64,000 bases of DNA from an uncultured virus (IMG/VR IMGVR_UViG_3300020054_001201). Taxonomy: Duplodnaviria > Heunggongvirae > Uroviricota > Caudoviricetes. The notes below the pieces were generated by a model that was given only the letters and a program-made list of their open reading frames with translations, was not told the DNA's origin and did not search any database. Numbering within the stretch: position 1 is the first letter of the stretch; each line of letters begins with the position of its first letter. The DNA lies in the IMG/VR virus record IMGVR_UViG_3300020054_001201. One strand, given 5' to 3'. Positions 1-9,372 of the stretch are shown in pieces. The translations under genes and the position numbers were made by a program.

Positions 1-678
1 AGGCACGAACCAATCATCAGCATCCTTGCTGGTCACGGTGATGCGCAACACACGCTGGTCGTTGAGGAAGTTGTCTTTCTCATTGCCGAGGAAGTAGTAG
101 GTGCGTTGGTGTCGGTAGGGTGTGATGGGTTCTCCGTAGCGGGACCAATCGGGGTTGTTCTGCAAGACTGCGATTGACAGGCCATGTTCTTTGAAGAGGA
201 ACCACGGTTCGGAGTCCGCTGGTTCTTCGGTCGCAACAGACCCGTCTTTCTTCTCAAGCATCCACACACCGTTTTCGGTGTAGGCGCGTGCGACAAGACC
301 GTCTTGGATTGCACCATCAAGGTCGTTCATGGCGGCTGAGACTGCGGGAGCGCGCTTGCGTTCTTGCCCGTCTCGGCACTTGGGGTCAACGCCAATGAAG
401 TAGCCGACAAGTTCAGTTGACTTGCCGCCACCGCCGCTCATGACTCGTCGCTCAACCACAAAGGTTTCCGCGGCGTCAATCATGAAGTCGTCGTCTTCAT
501 CATTGGGGTTGCTGACTCCCATTTCCGTCTTGAGGTAGGTGAAGAAATCACCTGTTGCGTCGTCAAGGGTTTTGGCGTTCTTTTCCGCCCACCACTTGAG
601 GCGCTCTTCCACATCGGGGTGCAGTCCAGCATTGTTTTGTTCGTTGTTTTCGGCTTCGTTTTGGTTTAGGTTCGGCAT
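1..678 (-). CDS. Partial replication-module protein running off the window start (MPNLNQNEAENNEQNNAGLHPDVEERLKWW...); possibly an ssDNA-binding/RPA-like protein
   Basis: Read by hand because it is absent from the ORF track. ATG at 678 follows a GGAGG RBS, directly downstream of RFC. The SSB guess rests on gene context only. Confidence 0.6.
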   Translation of the reverse strand, partial: MPNLNQNEAENNEQNNAGLHPDVEERLKWWAEKNAKTLDDATGDFFTYLKTEMGVSNPNDEDDDFMIDAAETFVVERRVMSGGGGKSTELVGYFIGVDPKCRDGQERKRAPAVSAAMNDLDGAIQDGLVARAYTENGVWMLEKKDGSVATEEPADSEPWFLFKEHGLSIAVLQNNPDWSRYGEPITPYRHQRTYYFLGNEKDNFLNDQRVLRITVTSKDADDWFVP

Positions 679-680
679 TT

Positions 681-1565
681 TTATTCCTCCTTTTTGTTTG
701 TGTCTTCGGTGTATAGAGTCGCTATGAAATAGTCCACGAATGACTCGCTTCCTATGTCCCATTGGTTCATCTTCAAGACGAAATCTCCCCACACAGCGAA
801 GAAGGTATATAATCTTTCCGAGGTCATCCCTACGGATTTCACATGACCATGAATGCGACGCATGAGGTATTGCAATGAAGTGCCTTCCTCCAACATCGTC
901 AGCATGGTTTTGTGAACAGACTCCCATTCGCCAGCGGCGACATCAAGAGCCAATGAGTCTAAGTCTGTTTGAACTTCGTCAAGTTTCTTCCCGCTTCTCA
1001 CATGATTTTGAATTGCGCGAAGGTCACCAGCAAAGTGTGAGTGGAGTGCGTCGGGGCTGTCCTGTGTAGTCAGCCCATGCTCCAAAAGTAATAGTTCAAG
1101 ATACGCGCGCACATGTTTCACAGAATATGGGCGGAACTCAAACTGAACGCACCGTGATTTGATAGCGTCAATGATTTTGCTACGGTCATTGCAGGTGAGA
1201 ATCCACCAGCAGTTGCTCTTCTCCATGATGCGCTTGAGTGAATCCTGTGCTGGCTTGGTCAAACCGTCAGCCTCGTCAAGCAGAATCAGTCGCCCACCGT
1301 CCCAAAGTTGGGTAGCGTTAGCCACGGCTTTCAGTTTGTTTCGGATGAAATCAATGCCGCGCTCATCGCTGGCGTTGTATTCAATGACCTGCAAGCCGAG
1401 ATATTCGGCGATAATGTAGGCCGCAGTTGTTTTTCCAAGCCCCGGCGCTCCCCCGAAAAGGAGGCATTGGGGGCTATCACCACTCCACTCATCAAGGTAA
1501 AAGAGCGGTAGGTTGGGGTCGTTTTGTCCGATAAATTGGTCTGGTTTTGTGGGTATGAAATCCAT
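681..1565 (-). CDS. rfcS: Replication factor C small subunit (clamp loader AAA+ ATPase), archaeal type
   Basis: Walker A GAPGLGKTT, RFC box YNASDERGID, Walker B ILLDEADGLT, SRC arginine-finger motif (IKSRC). Confidence 0.93.
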   Translation of the reverse strand: MDFIPTKPDQFIGQNDPNLPLFYLDEWSGDSPQCLLFGGAPGLGKTTAAYIIAEYLGLQVIEYNASDERGIDFIRNKLKAVANATQLWDGGRLILLDEADGLTKPAQDSLKRIMEKSNCWWILTCNDRSKIIDAIKSRCVQFEFRPYSVKHVRAYLELLLLEHGLTTQDSPDALHSHFAGDLRAIQNHVRSGKKLDEVQTDLDSLALDVAAGEWESVHKTMLTMLEEGTSLQYLMRRIHGHVKSVGMTSERLYTFFAVWGDFVLKMNQWDIGSESFVDYFIATLYTEDTNKKEE

Positions 1566-1585
1566 TTTTCTTCCTCAATACGCCT

Positions 1586-1617
1586 CTCATATTCCGCGTC
1601 TGCTTATATACCCCCCC
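1586..1617 (-). promoter_or_regulatory. Putative archaeal-type early promoter, GGGGGGGTATATAAGCAGACGCGGAATATGAG
   Basis: TATA-like TATATAAG upstream of RFC; an identical 32-bp copy lies at 23361-23392. Confidence 0.7.
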
Positions 1618-1632
1618 CCCGGCGGGATGGGG

Positions 1633-1715
1633 ATTCTTGATATTCTACTATTATTATTATAAGAATAAGATAGTATTTTCTTTATCATAAGAAGAATAAA
1701 TTATTGATAATTGAA
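1633..1715. other. AT-rich intergenic island with AAGAATAA motifs
   Basis: Strongly AT-rich in a ~50% GC genome; similar islands at ~21825 and ~30835. Confidence 0.6.
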
Positions 1716-1726
1716 ACTGAGAAGCG

Positions 1727-2095
1727 TCAATCGTCAATGTCTCCATCAATGAGAGCGATGATTTCGGCTATCTCTTCGTGTGTAGGCGCACGCCCTTTGT
1801 AGTCCATCAACCGAATCATTTTGAGCATGTTCTTTTGGTCGTAAACATGTTGCTTAACAGGCACAAGCAAACGAACAAGACGCCGAATCAATTCGGCGTC
1901 TTTGATGATTCGTGCATTGATACCCTGCGTAGCGAGCCACATGTTGAGAGCGGGTTCATCCTTTCGGCTCACCAGCACACGCCTCTCCACACGATAACCT
2001 ATTCGTGTTTTGGGAGCGAAGTGAACGCTCAACTGAAAGCGGCACTCTCTCGCCAGCCATCCAAGAAAGAAAGAGTCTTCATCCATTCGGCTCAC
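1727..2095 (-). CDS. Degenerate single-motif LAGLIDADG-like protein
   Basis: FLGWLARECRFQLSV...TRIGYRV aligns with the LAGLIDADG helix and beta strands; the C-terminal LKMIRLMDYKG..THEEIAEII resembles the family's end. Confidence 0.55.
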   Translation of the reverse strand: MSRMDEDSFFLGWLARECRFQLSVHFAPKTRIGYRVERRVLVSRKDEPALNMWLATQGINARIIKDAELIRRLVRLLVPVKQHVYDQKNMLKMIRLMDYKGRAPTHEEIAEIIALIDGDIDD

Positions 2096-3402
2096 TTCTC
2101 CATCAAGTCTCCAATCTGCATAGCGTCGGACTGACCGAGGGTCGTGTCTATTCGTGCAAGGTATGGAGCGCGCATCTTCTTTTCCTCTTGGTCGTAGCCG
2201 AGCGCATGAAATATCCCAATGATGCCTTCGTCAATCTCCATCATCCCCTGTGCTTCGTAAAGTCGTGCGAGTTTGTCGGGTATTTCGTCTGCCTTCACAT
2301 AGGCGTAGCCGACAGGGAGTGGGTCAAACCCATCAAGCGCGGCTATTTTGATTCGGATTCCTTCGCCTTCACGGTATCCTCCAAGTATCAATAGCGGTAT
2401 GTCAAATGTTCGTCGCGGCACAATAAATCCTCCAACTGCTCCGTTGTGGTAGTAGGCTCGTTCAGCATCAAGGAGGCGCAGGGTTTCTCCTTCCTCCAAT
2501 GACTGAACGAGCGCTCGCAGATGGGCGCGGTCTTCAACCTTCTTCGGATTCGTAGCCCGCGCGTGTCTGCCTTCTTTCCATAGATTCGGCTCACCTTCAC
2601 GGTGAAGCCATTCAACAATGTTCCCCGCCTCGTCAACTTCACACACGCAGTCGTCATGATACGGAAGCGCAGGGGAGCGTGCGATACGAACACCATGCCT
2701 GTCGTAAGTGTATAGCCTTCGGCTACGCCTGTGTGCGTAGTAGTGTTGACCTCGGATGATTTCGTAGTGCGTTTCGTCAAAGGGGAGCGACCACCTGTTC
2801 CAACGAGAATAGGTGGGGGCTTTGAATGGGTAAGTCGGTTGGATTACATATTCGTCGGGGAGACTTCCCTTAAGCGCGCGCTGGACAACTTCGCCCGCGG
2901 GCATTACGGTGCGCATTTGTTGAAGGTGATTCGTGTCATAGGGTGTGACGGTGGCTACCGCTCCCATGATTCGGCGCATGTTGAGAGTCGTCTTACCGAA
3001 GGCGTATCCCCAAAACATCATTGCGCACAATTGAGACATGGAGTTGAAAAGAATGTCAGCATTCAATTCGCCTTTGAGAATCATTTCCTTGAACTCAATG
3101 GCTTGTCGGACTGTGATTGATTCGGCTACCTCCGCGGGTGATTCGGATGCAAGGAGAGAGGGCATCTCATCCTCACTCATGAGCGTATCGTATTCTTCGG
3201 GGAACAGACCAAACGATTCGGCTAACATGCGCACGACATGGTGTCCCTTGATGGCGTTCCGTGGAGTGGCGCAACAGACGGTGATGATGTCATGCGCGTC
3301 GGATTCGTGTTTCGTGAAAAGGTCAGCGAGGATTCGGCGAGCAATTCGTGGTGCTTCATTCTGTGAAGCATGAACCGCGTTCGCCAAGTCCTCAAGTTTC
3401 AT
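2092..3402 (-). CDS. ATP-dependent DNA ligase-like protein, apparently catalytically inactive
   Basis: Ligase-like N-terminal DNA-binding region, central nucleotidyltransferase remnants, and OB-like FDIPLLILGGYREGEG and RAPYLARID..SDA. Motif I KxDGxR is replaced by IIRGQH. Confidence 0.65.
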   Translation of the reverse strand: MKLEDLANAVHASQNEAPRIARRILADLFTKHESDAHDIITVCCATPRNAIKGHHVVRMLAESFGLFPEEYDTLMSEDEMPSLLASESPAEVAESITVRQAIEFKEMILKGELNADILFNSMSQLCAMMFWGYAFGKTTLNMRRIMGAVATVTPYDTNHLQQMRTVMPAGEVVQRALKGSLPDEYVIQPTYPFKAPTYSRWNRWSLPFDETHYEIIRGQHYYAHRRSRRLYTYDRHGVRIARSPALPYHDDCVCEVDEAGNIVEWLHREGEPNLWKEGRHARATNPKKVEDRAHLRALVQSLEEGETLRLLDAERAYYHNGAVGGFIVPRRTFDIPLLILGGYREGEGIRIKIAALDGFDPLPVGYAYVKADEIPDKLARLYEAQGMMEIDEGIIGIFHALGYDQEEKKMRAPYLARIDTTLGQSDAMQIGDLMEK

Positions 3403-4025
3403 TCTTCCTCATCTCGGCTTGTTCGGAACATGAGGCCGCGCAGATGTGGAGGGATAACATCACCTCGCCATTCGCTCGGCATCAAAAGAATATCACCGTT
3501 CTTGAGCGCGTCAACAAATGTCATGTCATCAGCCATCTCTATGAGCGCCTCACGCTCCATCACTTGCATCCCCTTCCATGTGAAGAAGAGGTCGTCTCCC
3601 GCGAGCAGGTGGTAGTCCATTGGAGAAAGAAGTTGTTCATACCCGTCGTCGTGTTTGATGAGAACGCGCCACTCATTTTCGTTTTCTTCAAGCCAAATCG
3701 GTTCTTCCAATTCAAAGTTGACCAGCAAAGCGCCGCTCTCTTCATGCACCCATGATTGAGCCGCTTCTTGCGCGGCTTGCATTGAGTCGTCAACCATCTC
3801 CGCTTCTTCCGCGGTGAGACTAATGTTGAGGGCGTGACAAACTTTAGCGATGCGCTCAAGGGGAAGGATGGACTGAGGCGTAGCCTTGATGACCACGAAT
3901 CCATCCTCGTCTTTACGGATTACCGCGTCAGCAACACCCCATGTGTCACCGACCTGCATTCGCTCGTAGTGTTCTTTCGTCCATTCAAGGTCTTCTTCTG
4001 TTGGTTTCCATTTGTCTTCAATCAT
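3399..4025 (-). CDS. Hypothetical protein (208 aa)
   Basis: ORF coupled to neighbours by ATGA overlap, with RBS. Confidence 0.75.
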   Translation of the reverse strand: MIEDKWKPTEEDLEWTKEHYERMQVGDTWGVADAVIRKDEDGFVVIKATPQSILPLERIAKVCHALNISLTAEEAEMVDDSMQAAQEAAQSWVHEESGALLVNFELEEPIWLEENENEWRVLIKHDDGYEQLLSPMDYHLLAGDDLFFTWKGMQVMEREALIEMADDMTFVDALKNGDILLMPSEWRGDVIPPHLRGLMFRTSRDEEE

Positions 4026-4315
4026 AGTTCATCACCCTTAAACCAGCGAAACTTGCTACAACAACGCGCGGGGACAACGATGAACTCGCGCTTCTTGGTG
4101 AATAGAGCAATTTGATGCGGGTCAATCTGTTCGCCGCATGTGCATACGATTGCATCGCCGAGCAAGTGAGACGCATAGTCAAAGCCTTCAATCTCATGGT
4201 GTCTACCTTGAGGGTCTTTCATTATCGTCGCTTTAACGGGGACGCCATTAGCCATCGGATGATTGAGGAAGCCATCATCTCCAAAATGGCGCGTGCCTAA
4301 ATTGTATTGCGGCAT
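4022..4315 (-). CDS. Hypothetical protein with Cys motifs (CTCG...RCC)
   Basis: ORF with GGGGTGA RBS, coupled to the downstream gene. Confidence 0.7.
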   Translation of the reverse strand: MPQYNLGTRHFGDDGFLNHPMANGVPVKATIMKDPQGRHHEIEGFDYASHLLGDAIVCTCGEQIDPHQIALFTKKREFIVVPARCCSKFRWFKGDEL

Positions 4316-4342
4316 TATTCACCCCGAAGGGTCGCAACCTAT

Positions 4343-4540
4343 TTATTCTTGCGGCATGAAAATGAACGATGCGTCGTAGGTTGTCTCGGTGAAGTCGCAA
4401 ACAACCTCAATCTTGTGAAAGATACCATACGGGACGGTGCGATAAATGAGCATGTCAACAAACGCGTTGGGGTGTTGACCACACGGGCATTGGTCGGTGG
4501 GGATGATGATAACATCAAGCGGTTCTTGTGCGGGCATCAT
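4343..4540 (-). CDS. Small hypothetical protein with possible Zn ligands (CPCGQH..C)
   Basis: ATGA overlap with the upstream gene. Confidence 0.65.
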   Translation of the reverse strand: MMPAQEPLDVIIIPTDQCPCGQHPNAFVDMLIYRTVPYGIFHKIEVVCDFTETTYDASFIFMPQE

Positions 4541-4872
4541 TCTTCTTCCTCCTTAGCGGTGTTGAATGCTCGTTCGGGATAGTGGGTGTTGAAACGGTTG
4601 ACTGCAATGAGCGAGTTGTGCGTCATCATTTGAAAAATGTTGAAGTCTTTTGAAATGGTGAAGTTCTCAAGTGTGCCAGCGTATTCGCGCGCTTCCATCT
4701 CGCTTTTGATGGCGGCGATGTCAAAAATCATCCTCCTTAACTTGCGAATCTTGCTCATCATTTTGTTCTTCAACAATCTCTCCGTTGCGTCTTTCAAATA
4801 CACACACCTTCCCGTCCTGTCAGTCAAGGTAAACGGCGCGGTTTCAATCCATGTGTTTTCTTCTTCGGTCAT
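4537..4872 (-). CDS. Hypothetical protein (111 aa)
   Basis: Coupled ORF ending KEEEE, with GGAG RBS. Confidence 0.7.
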   Translation of the reverse strand: MTEEENTWIETAPFTLTDRTGRCVYLKDATERLLKNKMMSKIRKLRRMIFDIAAIKSEMEAREYAGTLENFTISKDFNIFQMMTHNSLIAVNRFNTHYPERAFNTAKEEEE

Positions 4873-6854
4873 AGTTTTGCATCTCCTGTTTTCAGTTTCT
4901 TCAACAATGCTTGACCGATAGCATCGCGGGTTTTGCCTACCTCGCCGTCCAGCGTTCGCTGAACAAGGTCGGCTTTCTCAGCGACCACTTGGTCAAACAT
5001 TGAATCAATGGTGTCAATTGCTGAAAGAACCACCTTGTGACAGGTGGACGCTTCCTGCGTCATACGACGAACGCGCGCCGCGGCTTGTTGCTCCCATGCC
5101 GGAACCCACTCGCGCTCAACGAAGAGCGTGGTGTTGGCGTGGTCAAGGTTGACCCCTTCTCGCATGGCGTTGGTGGAACAGATAAGATACCTCAACCCTC
5201 CGTTTTGGAATTGTTCAATGAATGATTGACGGTCTGCTTCGCTTGTCTCACCGTTGATGAGTTTGATTTCATTCTCAACATGTAGTCTCAAGTAAAGCGC
5301 TTCAAGCACATTCTTGTGGTGCGCAAAAATAACGAGCGGCTTCCCGTTGGTTTCAAAGTAAGTATTAGCCCACTTAACTGCCGCCTCCACCTTGAGCAAA
5401 CCCGCTTGGTGGCGCAACTCAGTCATCATGTTGAGCGTGAATCCCGCGTCGGTAGAACCGAAGTTCTGTTGCTGGTCAGCCCACGCTTGCATCCAAGAGT
5501 TGTGTGTGTTTTTGTAGGTCGTCATCTTCTCATCCTCTAACTCAACAGGCACGATGGTTTCAACGAGTGAAGGCATCTCACCTGCGATACGAGGGTCATC
5601 CATAGAGCGACGCAACATAAAGTCCCGAAGGATGTGGTTAAGCGGCGTCGTCTGCCCGTCCCACGATTTGTCAATGTTGGACGAGCCTGTCATGTCCCAA
5701 CCAAACGCAGTCTTTCGCGCATTGCAGTATTGCTTGGCGAAGGTGAACGAGTTGCTGAATGTCGCAGGCATCATCAAGTTGAGAATGGGGAAGAACTCAA
5801 TCGGTCGGTTCGTGATTGGCGTTCCCGATAGCGCGATGATGGCGTCAATGTTCTTGGCGACATAGAGTGCGGCTTTGGTCGTCGCAGTCTTCGGATTCTT
5901 GATACGGTGAACCTCATCAAAAATGATGCAGTCATAGCCGATAGCGCGCAAGTGTTCTTTGCGAGCATCCAAAATGTCGTAGTTGATGATGTGGAAGCGC
6001 GCAGGGCGAATGTCCCCTTTGCCTCCGCTGATGATTTCAGTCGCCACCAGCGAGGGAACTTGCATGAGTGCGTCTTTGTAAATCCACTTGCGAATCTCGT
6101 TGTCCCAATTGTGTTTGACAATCGCGGGACAAACGATGAGGACATGTTCATAGCCAGCCAACTCAACACAACCGAGCGCTTGAAGCGACTTACCAAGACC
6201 CATCTCGTCGGCGATGAGGATGCGCTCGCGTCCCCCTGTCATGAACATAACAGGAGCGATGCGCTGGTAAGGTCGCATGCTGGTGAACGGCTCTTCGTCG
6301 GGCAACTCAATGTCAGTCTCCACCGCGCTTGAGAGTTCCACGCGTTGCAGGGTAGCGGCGTGTGCCGCTTGCACTTGTGGATTGTCTTCAATGGCGTCAG
6401 CCAACGGCTCAAAGTGAGGACGCACAGCCTTCGCCACGGCCATTGCCGTAGCGATGGGAATCATCCATGTCTTGGTGCTGTTCATCCACTTGGCTGAACC
6501 CGCCGCCGCTGTCTTCAACGCCGCGTTGATGTCTTTCCAATTGGGTTGGTAGTCCCATTGCAGAATCAATTTGTCGGGAATGGTGAAGGTAGCGGACGCG
6601 TTGGAGGGTATTTCAATAGCGCTCTCATCGTATTCCAACCCTTCCACCGTGATGTCGTGGTCTGCGAGAAAAGCGATGGCCTTCTCAATGACATCCGCGC
6701 GGTCTTGGATTGTCCAAAGACCCTTCTCACCGTTCCATGAGAATTGAGGCCAACCCATGTGTGCTTTCATGTCGTCCTTCAAGTTGAAGGGGATTTTGTT
6801 GAGTGCGATGCGCGCACCGTAGTTGTCTGTGTATCGTTCGTATGTGATGTTCAT
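4869..6854 (-). CDS. SNF2-family helicase/translocase (SMARCAL1/HARP-like annealing helicase)
   Basis: LIADEMGLGKS, DEVHRIKN, LSGTPITNRPIE, EGVNL, QAAARVRRMTQ. Two N-terminal W..xxWxI repeats resemble HARP domains. Confidence 0.88.
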   Translation of the reverse strand: MNITYERYTDNYGARIALNKIPFNLKDDMKAHMGWPQFSWNGEKGLWTIQDRADVIEKAIAFLADHDITVEGLEYDESAIEIPSNASATFTIPDKLILQWDYQPNWKDINAALKTAAAGSAKWMNSTKTWMIPIATAMAVAKAVRPHFEPLADAIEDNPQVQAAHAATLQRVELSSAVETDIELPDEEPFTSMRPYQRIAPVMFMTGGRERILIADEMGLGKSLQALGCVELAGYEHVLIVCPAIVKHNWDNEIRKWIYKDALMQVPSLVATEIISGGKGDIRPARFHIINYDILDARKEHLRAIGYDCIIFDEVHRIKNPKTATTKAALYVAKNIDAIIALSGTPITNRPIEFFPILNLMMPATFSNSFTFAKQYCNARKTAFGWDMTGSSNIDKSWDGQTTPLNHILRDFMLRRSMDDPRIAGEMPSLVETIVPVELEDEKMTTYKNTHNSWMQAWADQQQNFGSTDAGFTLNMMTELRHQAGLLKVEAAVKWANTYFETNGKPLVIFAHHKNVLEALYLRLHVENEIKLINGETSEADRQSFIEQFQNGGLRYLICSTNAMREGVNLDHANTTLFVEREWVPAWEQQAAARVRRMTQEASTCHKVVLSAIDTIDSMFDQVVAEKADLVQRTLDGEVGKTRDAIGQALLKKLKTGDAKL

Positions 6855-6970
6855 TCTTCTTCACCTTCTTCTTCGTTTGCAAATGCGTATTCCGTGTAGT
6901 CTTCTCCGACCTTGACCCGATACCAATGCACAGGGCATTGAGCCAACCATTCGTGGAACTCTTCACTCAT
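6851..6970 (-). CDS. Small protein, 39 aa (MSEEFHEWLAQCPVHWYRVKVGEDYTEYAFANEEEGEEE)
   Basis: Read by hand; fills the gap and has the GEEE/ATGA coupling junction. Confidence 0.6.
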   Translation of the reverse strand: MSEEFHEWLAQCPVHWYRVKVGEDYTEYAFANEEEGEEE

Positions 6971-6981
6971 TTTGCTCACAG

Positions 6982-7488
6982 TCATTCTTCTTCACCTCCA
7001 AGGTATGCGTTCTTCGGGTCGTGGTCGCCCCATGTCAAATGCTCACGCGTCTTCTCGTAGTAGGCGCGGTTGGATTCAAGCGTCTCTTTGTTCAGCGATT
7101 CAATGTTCGGCTCGCCGTCAACATAGAAGTTACCGAAAAGGGTTCGTTGCTCACCTTGCAAAAGGCGCGAATCAATTGCACCAGCGATGTCGTTGAGTTG
7201 TCTCATCAACTTCGGATAACCTTTCATTTCGGGTTCTTTTCCCCACTTGATAGCGGCGGCGCGTGTGTTTCGGTAAAGCCAGCGAGCATTCTCGCGGGAC
7301 ACAACTGCCCATCGCACCATCGGATGACCGTCAAGTGGCTTGAACGGCAGGTCATCAAAGTCCCCGCCTTGCTCCTTGATGGCTGAGACAATGATACGCG
7401 CGCCTTCAAAGGCGGCGCTCTCACAGTCAAACCAGCACATCATGTCAGCGGAGCGCACAGGGTTCTCATCAAGCACAAAGAAAGTCAT
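6982..7488 (-). CDS. Diverged paralog of the pyrimidine-dimer DNA glycosylase-like protein
   Basis: MTFFVLDENPVRSADMMC...HPMVRW...N.RWL...RAYY parallels 8639-9181, but the DKH..KM motif is lost. Confidence 0.6.
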   Translation of the reverse strand: MTFFVLDENPVRSADMMCWFDCESAAFEGARIIVSAIKEQGGDFDDLPFKPLDGHPMVRWAVVSRENARWLYRNTRAAAIKWGKEPEMKGYPKLMRQLNDIAGAIDSRLLQGEQRTLFGNFYVDGEPNIESLNKETLESNRAYYEKTREHLTWGDHDPKNAYLGGEEE

Positions 7489-7817
7489 TCCTCTTCCTCC
7501 TTGTTGTCAAGGAAGGCTTGAACCGTCATGTCCTTGCCCTCGTGGGTGATGCAAAGCGGAGTGATGGTGGCTTCCTGTGTGTCGGGTCTTGTCTTTGACA
7601 CATGGAAGAACGCGTCGCAGGATGTGCATGCAATTCTCAAGAAATCAACCTGTGTGTGTGTCGCACCTTCCGTAATGTCAACAATCCAATCGTGGTTGCT
7701 TTCCATGCAGTAGGAAATGTCTTTCAGTTTTTGGACGCGCACGACCATCTTCCTCGCTTCTTCCGCCATCGCTTCCTGTTGGACGCGCATCTTTTCCAAT
7801 GCTTCTTCGGGACTCAT
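7485..7817 (-). CDS. Hypothetical protein with coiled-coil and C/H Zn motif
   Basis: CMESNH...CTSC; coupled ORF. Confidence 0.7.
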   Translation of the reverse strand: MSPEEALEKMRVQQEAMAEEARKMVVRVQKLKDISYCMESNHDWIVDITEGATHTQVDFLRIACTSCDAFFHVSKTRPDTQEATITPLCITHEGKDMTVQAFLDNKEEEE

Positions 7818-7981
7818 TGTTCATCACCTCGCGGTCGCAGTTCGTCCATCACGCGCAACACCTTCGCGTAAACGGGGATGGTGTGCTTGGTGGAAACAGT
7901 GTTGTCAACGCTCACTTGGTCTTTCAACCAATCGCGCAGGAAAGTCCAATGCGTCTCCCATTGCTGGTTGCTTTCAGTCAT
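7814..7981 (-). CDS. Small protein, 55 aa (MTESNQQWETHWTFLRDWLK...RGDEQ)
   Basis: Read by hand; ATGA overlaps at both ends. Confidence 0.65.
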   Translation of the reverse strand: MTESNQQWETHWTFLRDWLKDQVSVDNTVSTKHTIPVYAKVLRVMDELRPRGDEQ

Positions 7982-8250
7982 TGGGTCACCTCCGTGATGG
8001 TGACAGAGTAGCCGGAGTCAGCACCCGCTGGCTTGTCGCTGACCTCAATCTTGTAACGCTCAGGGTTGCGACACAACTTCATCGCTTCACGCACAGGGAA
8101 GGATGGGTAGATGAGCATGAGGGAGTAGAAGCGGGTGGCCTCGTCCACGAAGGACTCCACCATGCTGTTCCTGTCTTTCGCCAACGCACCGATGAGAGCG
8201 TCGGGGTCGTTGAGGTAGATGGTTTGACCGATGATTTGTTTCTCGCTCAT
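7978..8250 (-). CDS. Hypothetical protein (90 aa)
   Basis: Coupled ORF with RBS. Confidence 0.7.
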   Translation of the reverse strand: MSEKQIIGQTIYLNDPDALIGALAKDRNSMVESFVDEATRFYSLMLIYPSFPVREAMKLCRNPERYKIEVSDKPAGADSGYSVTITEVTQ

Positions 8251-8642
8251 TGATATTCAACTCCTTCACGGTTGTTGAGGGGGTGGTCGCCCCACCCTGC
8301 TCTGTCGTTGTAGCGCGTCTCTTTGTAGTAGTCTTCGGGCATCTCGCGAGGCCAAGCGATGGCTCGTTCATCGCTGATGTCGTTCCGCATCCATTCCAAA
8401 TAAAGGTGAATCGTCTCCCAAGAAATACCCATTGTTGCGTCGTGTTTTCGCTCAAGGTATTTGAGGAAGTCGCGCCCTTCTTCTTTGGACGGTCGGTTGA
8501 GGTTCGCCTCTCGGCAACAACGCTCAACATCCTCAATCATCCACACGATTGTGCAGTTGTTCTCGTAGTGCGCGAGTTTCTTCTCAAGTTCTTCAATGCG
8601 TTGTCGCATCTGCGCTTCGTTCCAATTTGTTTGTCGGGTCAT
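8247..8642 (-). CDS. Hypothetical phage protein (131 aa)
   Basis: Coupled ORF; WMIEDV...HDATMGISWETI pattern. Confidence 0.7.
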   Translation of the reverse strand: MTRQTNWNEAQMRQRIEELEKKLAHYENNCTIVWMIEDVERCCREANLNRPSKEEGRDFLKYLERKHDATMGISWETIHLYLEWMRNDISDERAIAWPREMPEDYYKETRYNDRAGWGDHPLNNREGVEYQ

Positions 8643-9181
8643 TTTTTATTCCTCCAATGGTTTGCCCACCAATTAGGCGCGGGCGTGCCTTTGTTCCACT
8701 CGGCGAACCGAGCCTTGTCAAGCAAGTAGTAAGCGCGGTAAGCCGCGACTGTTGTGTATGCTTCCTCATCATAGAGTTGAGGGTATTGCTCTTTGTTGAA
8801 AGCGCGAGCGTATGGGGTCTGTCCACCAAGGGGCAGTAGTGTAAGAGCGCGCGGCTCAACCATGAGAATGATTTTGTCTTCGCAAGCATGTTTTCTGTTG
8901 AAACGCTTTCTGTATTCAACGCACAGTCCGTAGGCATGATGGTAGAGCCATAGGTAGTTCACCACCGTCTCGCCTGTCCAAACGGTGCAGGGGTGTCGGT
9001 GATAGCCCCCTTTGTAGGGGCGACCTGCTTGGTTCAACGGCATGACTTCATCGGTAGCACCGTGTCGTCGTAGCGCACTCGCCATCATCTGCGCGCTCTC
9101 TACAATCATTTTCGGTATGTGTTTGTCGCACATCATCTGCGCGGCCACCACAGGGTTTTCGTCAAGCACAAAAATGTTCAT
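8639..9181 (-). CDS. Pyrimidine-dimer DNA glycosylase / T4 endonuclease V-like family protein
   Basis: MNIFVLDENP..AAQMMCDKHIPKMIVESAQM, HPCTVW, NYLWL, AYRAYY..DK, P.WW match the widespread marine-phage family. Confidence 0.75.
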   Translation of the reverse strand: MNIFVLDENPVVAAQMMCDKHIPKMIVESAQMMASALRRHGATDEVMPLNQAGRPYKGGYHRHPCTVWTGETVVNYLWLYHHAYGLCVEYRKRFNRKHACEDKIILMVEPRALTLLPLGGQTPYARAFNKEQYPQLYDEEAYTTVAAYRAYYLLDKARFAEWNKGTPAPNWWANHWRNKK

Positions 9182-9372
9182 AGCGCATCCCTGTCCCAAA
9201 CTTCTCCTTCCGAGTTCAATGAAGCAATTTCATCCTCGCATTCAAGCGCGCAGTTGTAGCAGTAAATGCGATAATTCACATTGTTCAATTGTCTCGGTAT
9301 GCACTTGCCGATAACGCGTGTGCAACTGATGCACTTCACTTCAACCAAAATCTGTGTGCCTTCTTTGTTCAT
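9178..9372 (-). CDS. Small zinc-finger protein (CISC...CYNC)
   Basis: Two CxxC pairs; coupled ORF. Confidence 0.6.
   Translation of the reverse strand: MNKEGTQILVEVKCISCTRVIGKCIPRQLNNVNYRIYCYNCALECEDEIASLNSEGEVWDRDAL

Noticed and set aside
4321..4334. 14-bp inverted copy of the 22197-22210 hairpin core as a mobile repeat
   Set aside because: Explained by a common C(UUCG)G tetraloop hairpin overlapping an RBS; too short to support more.
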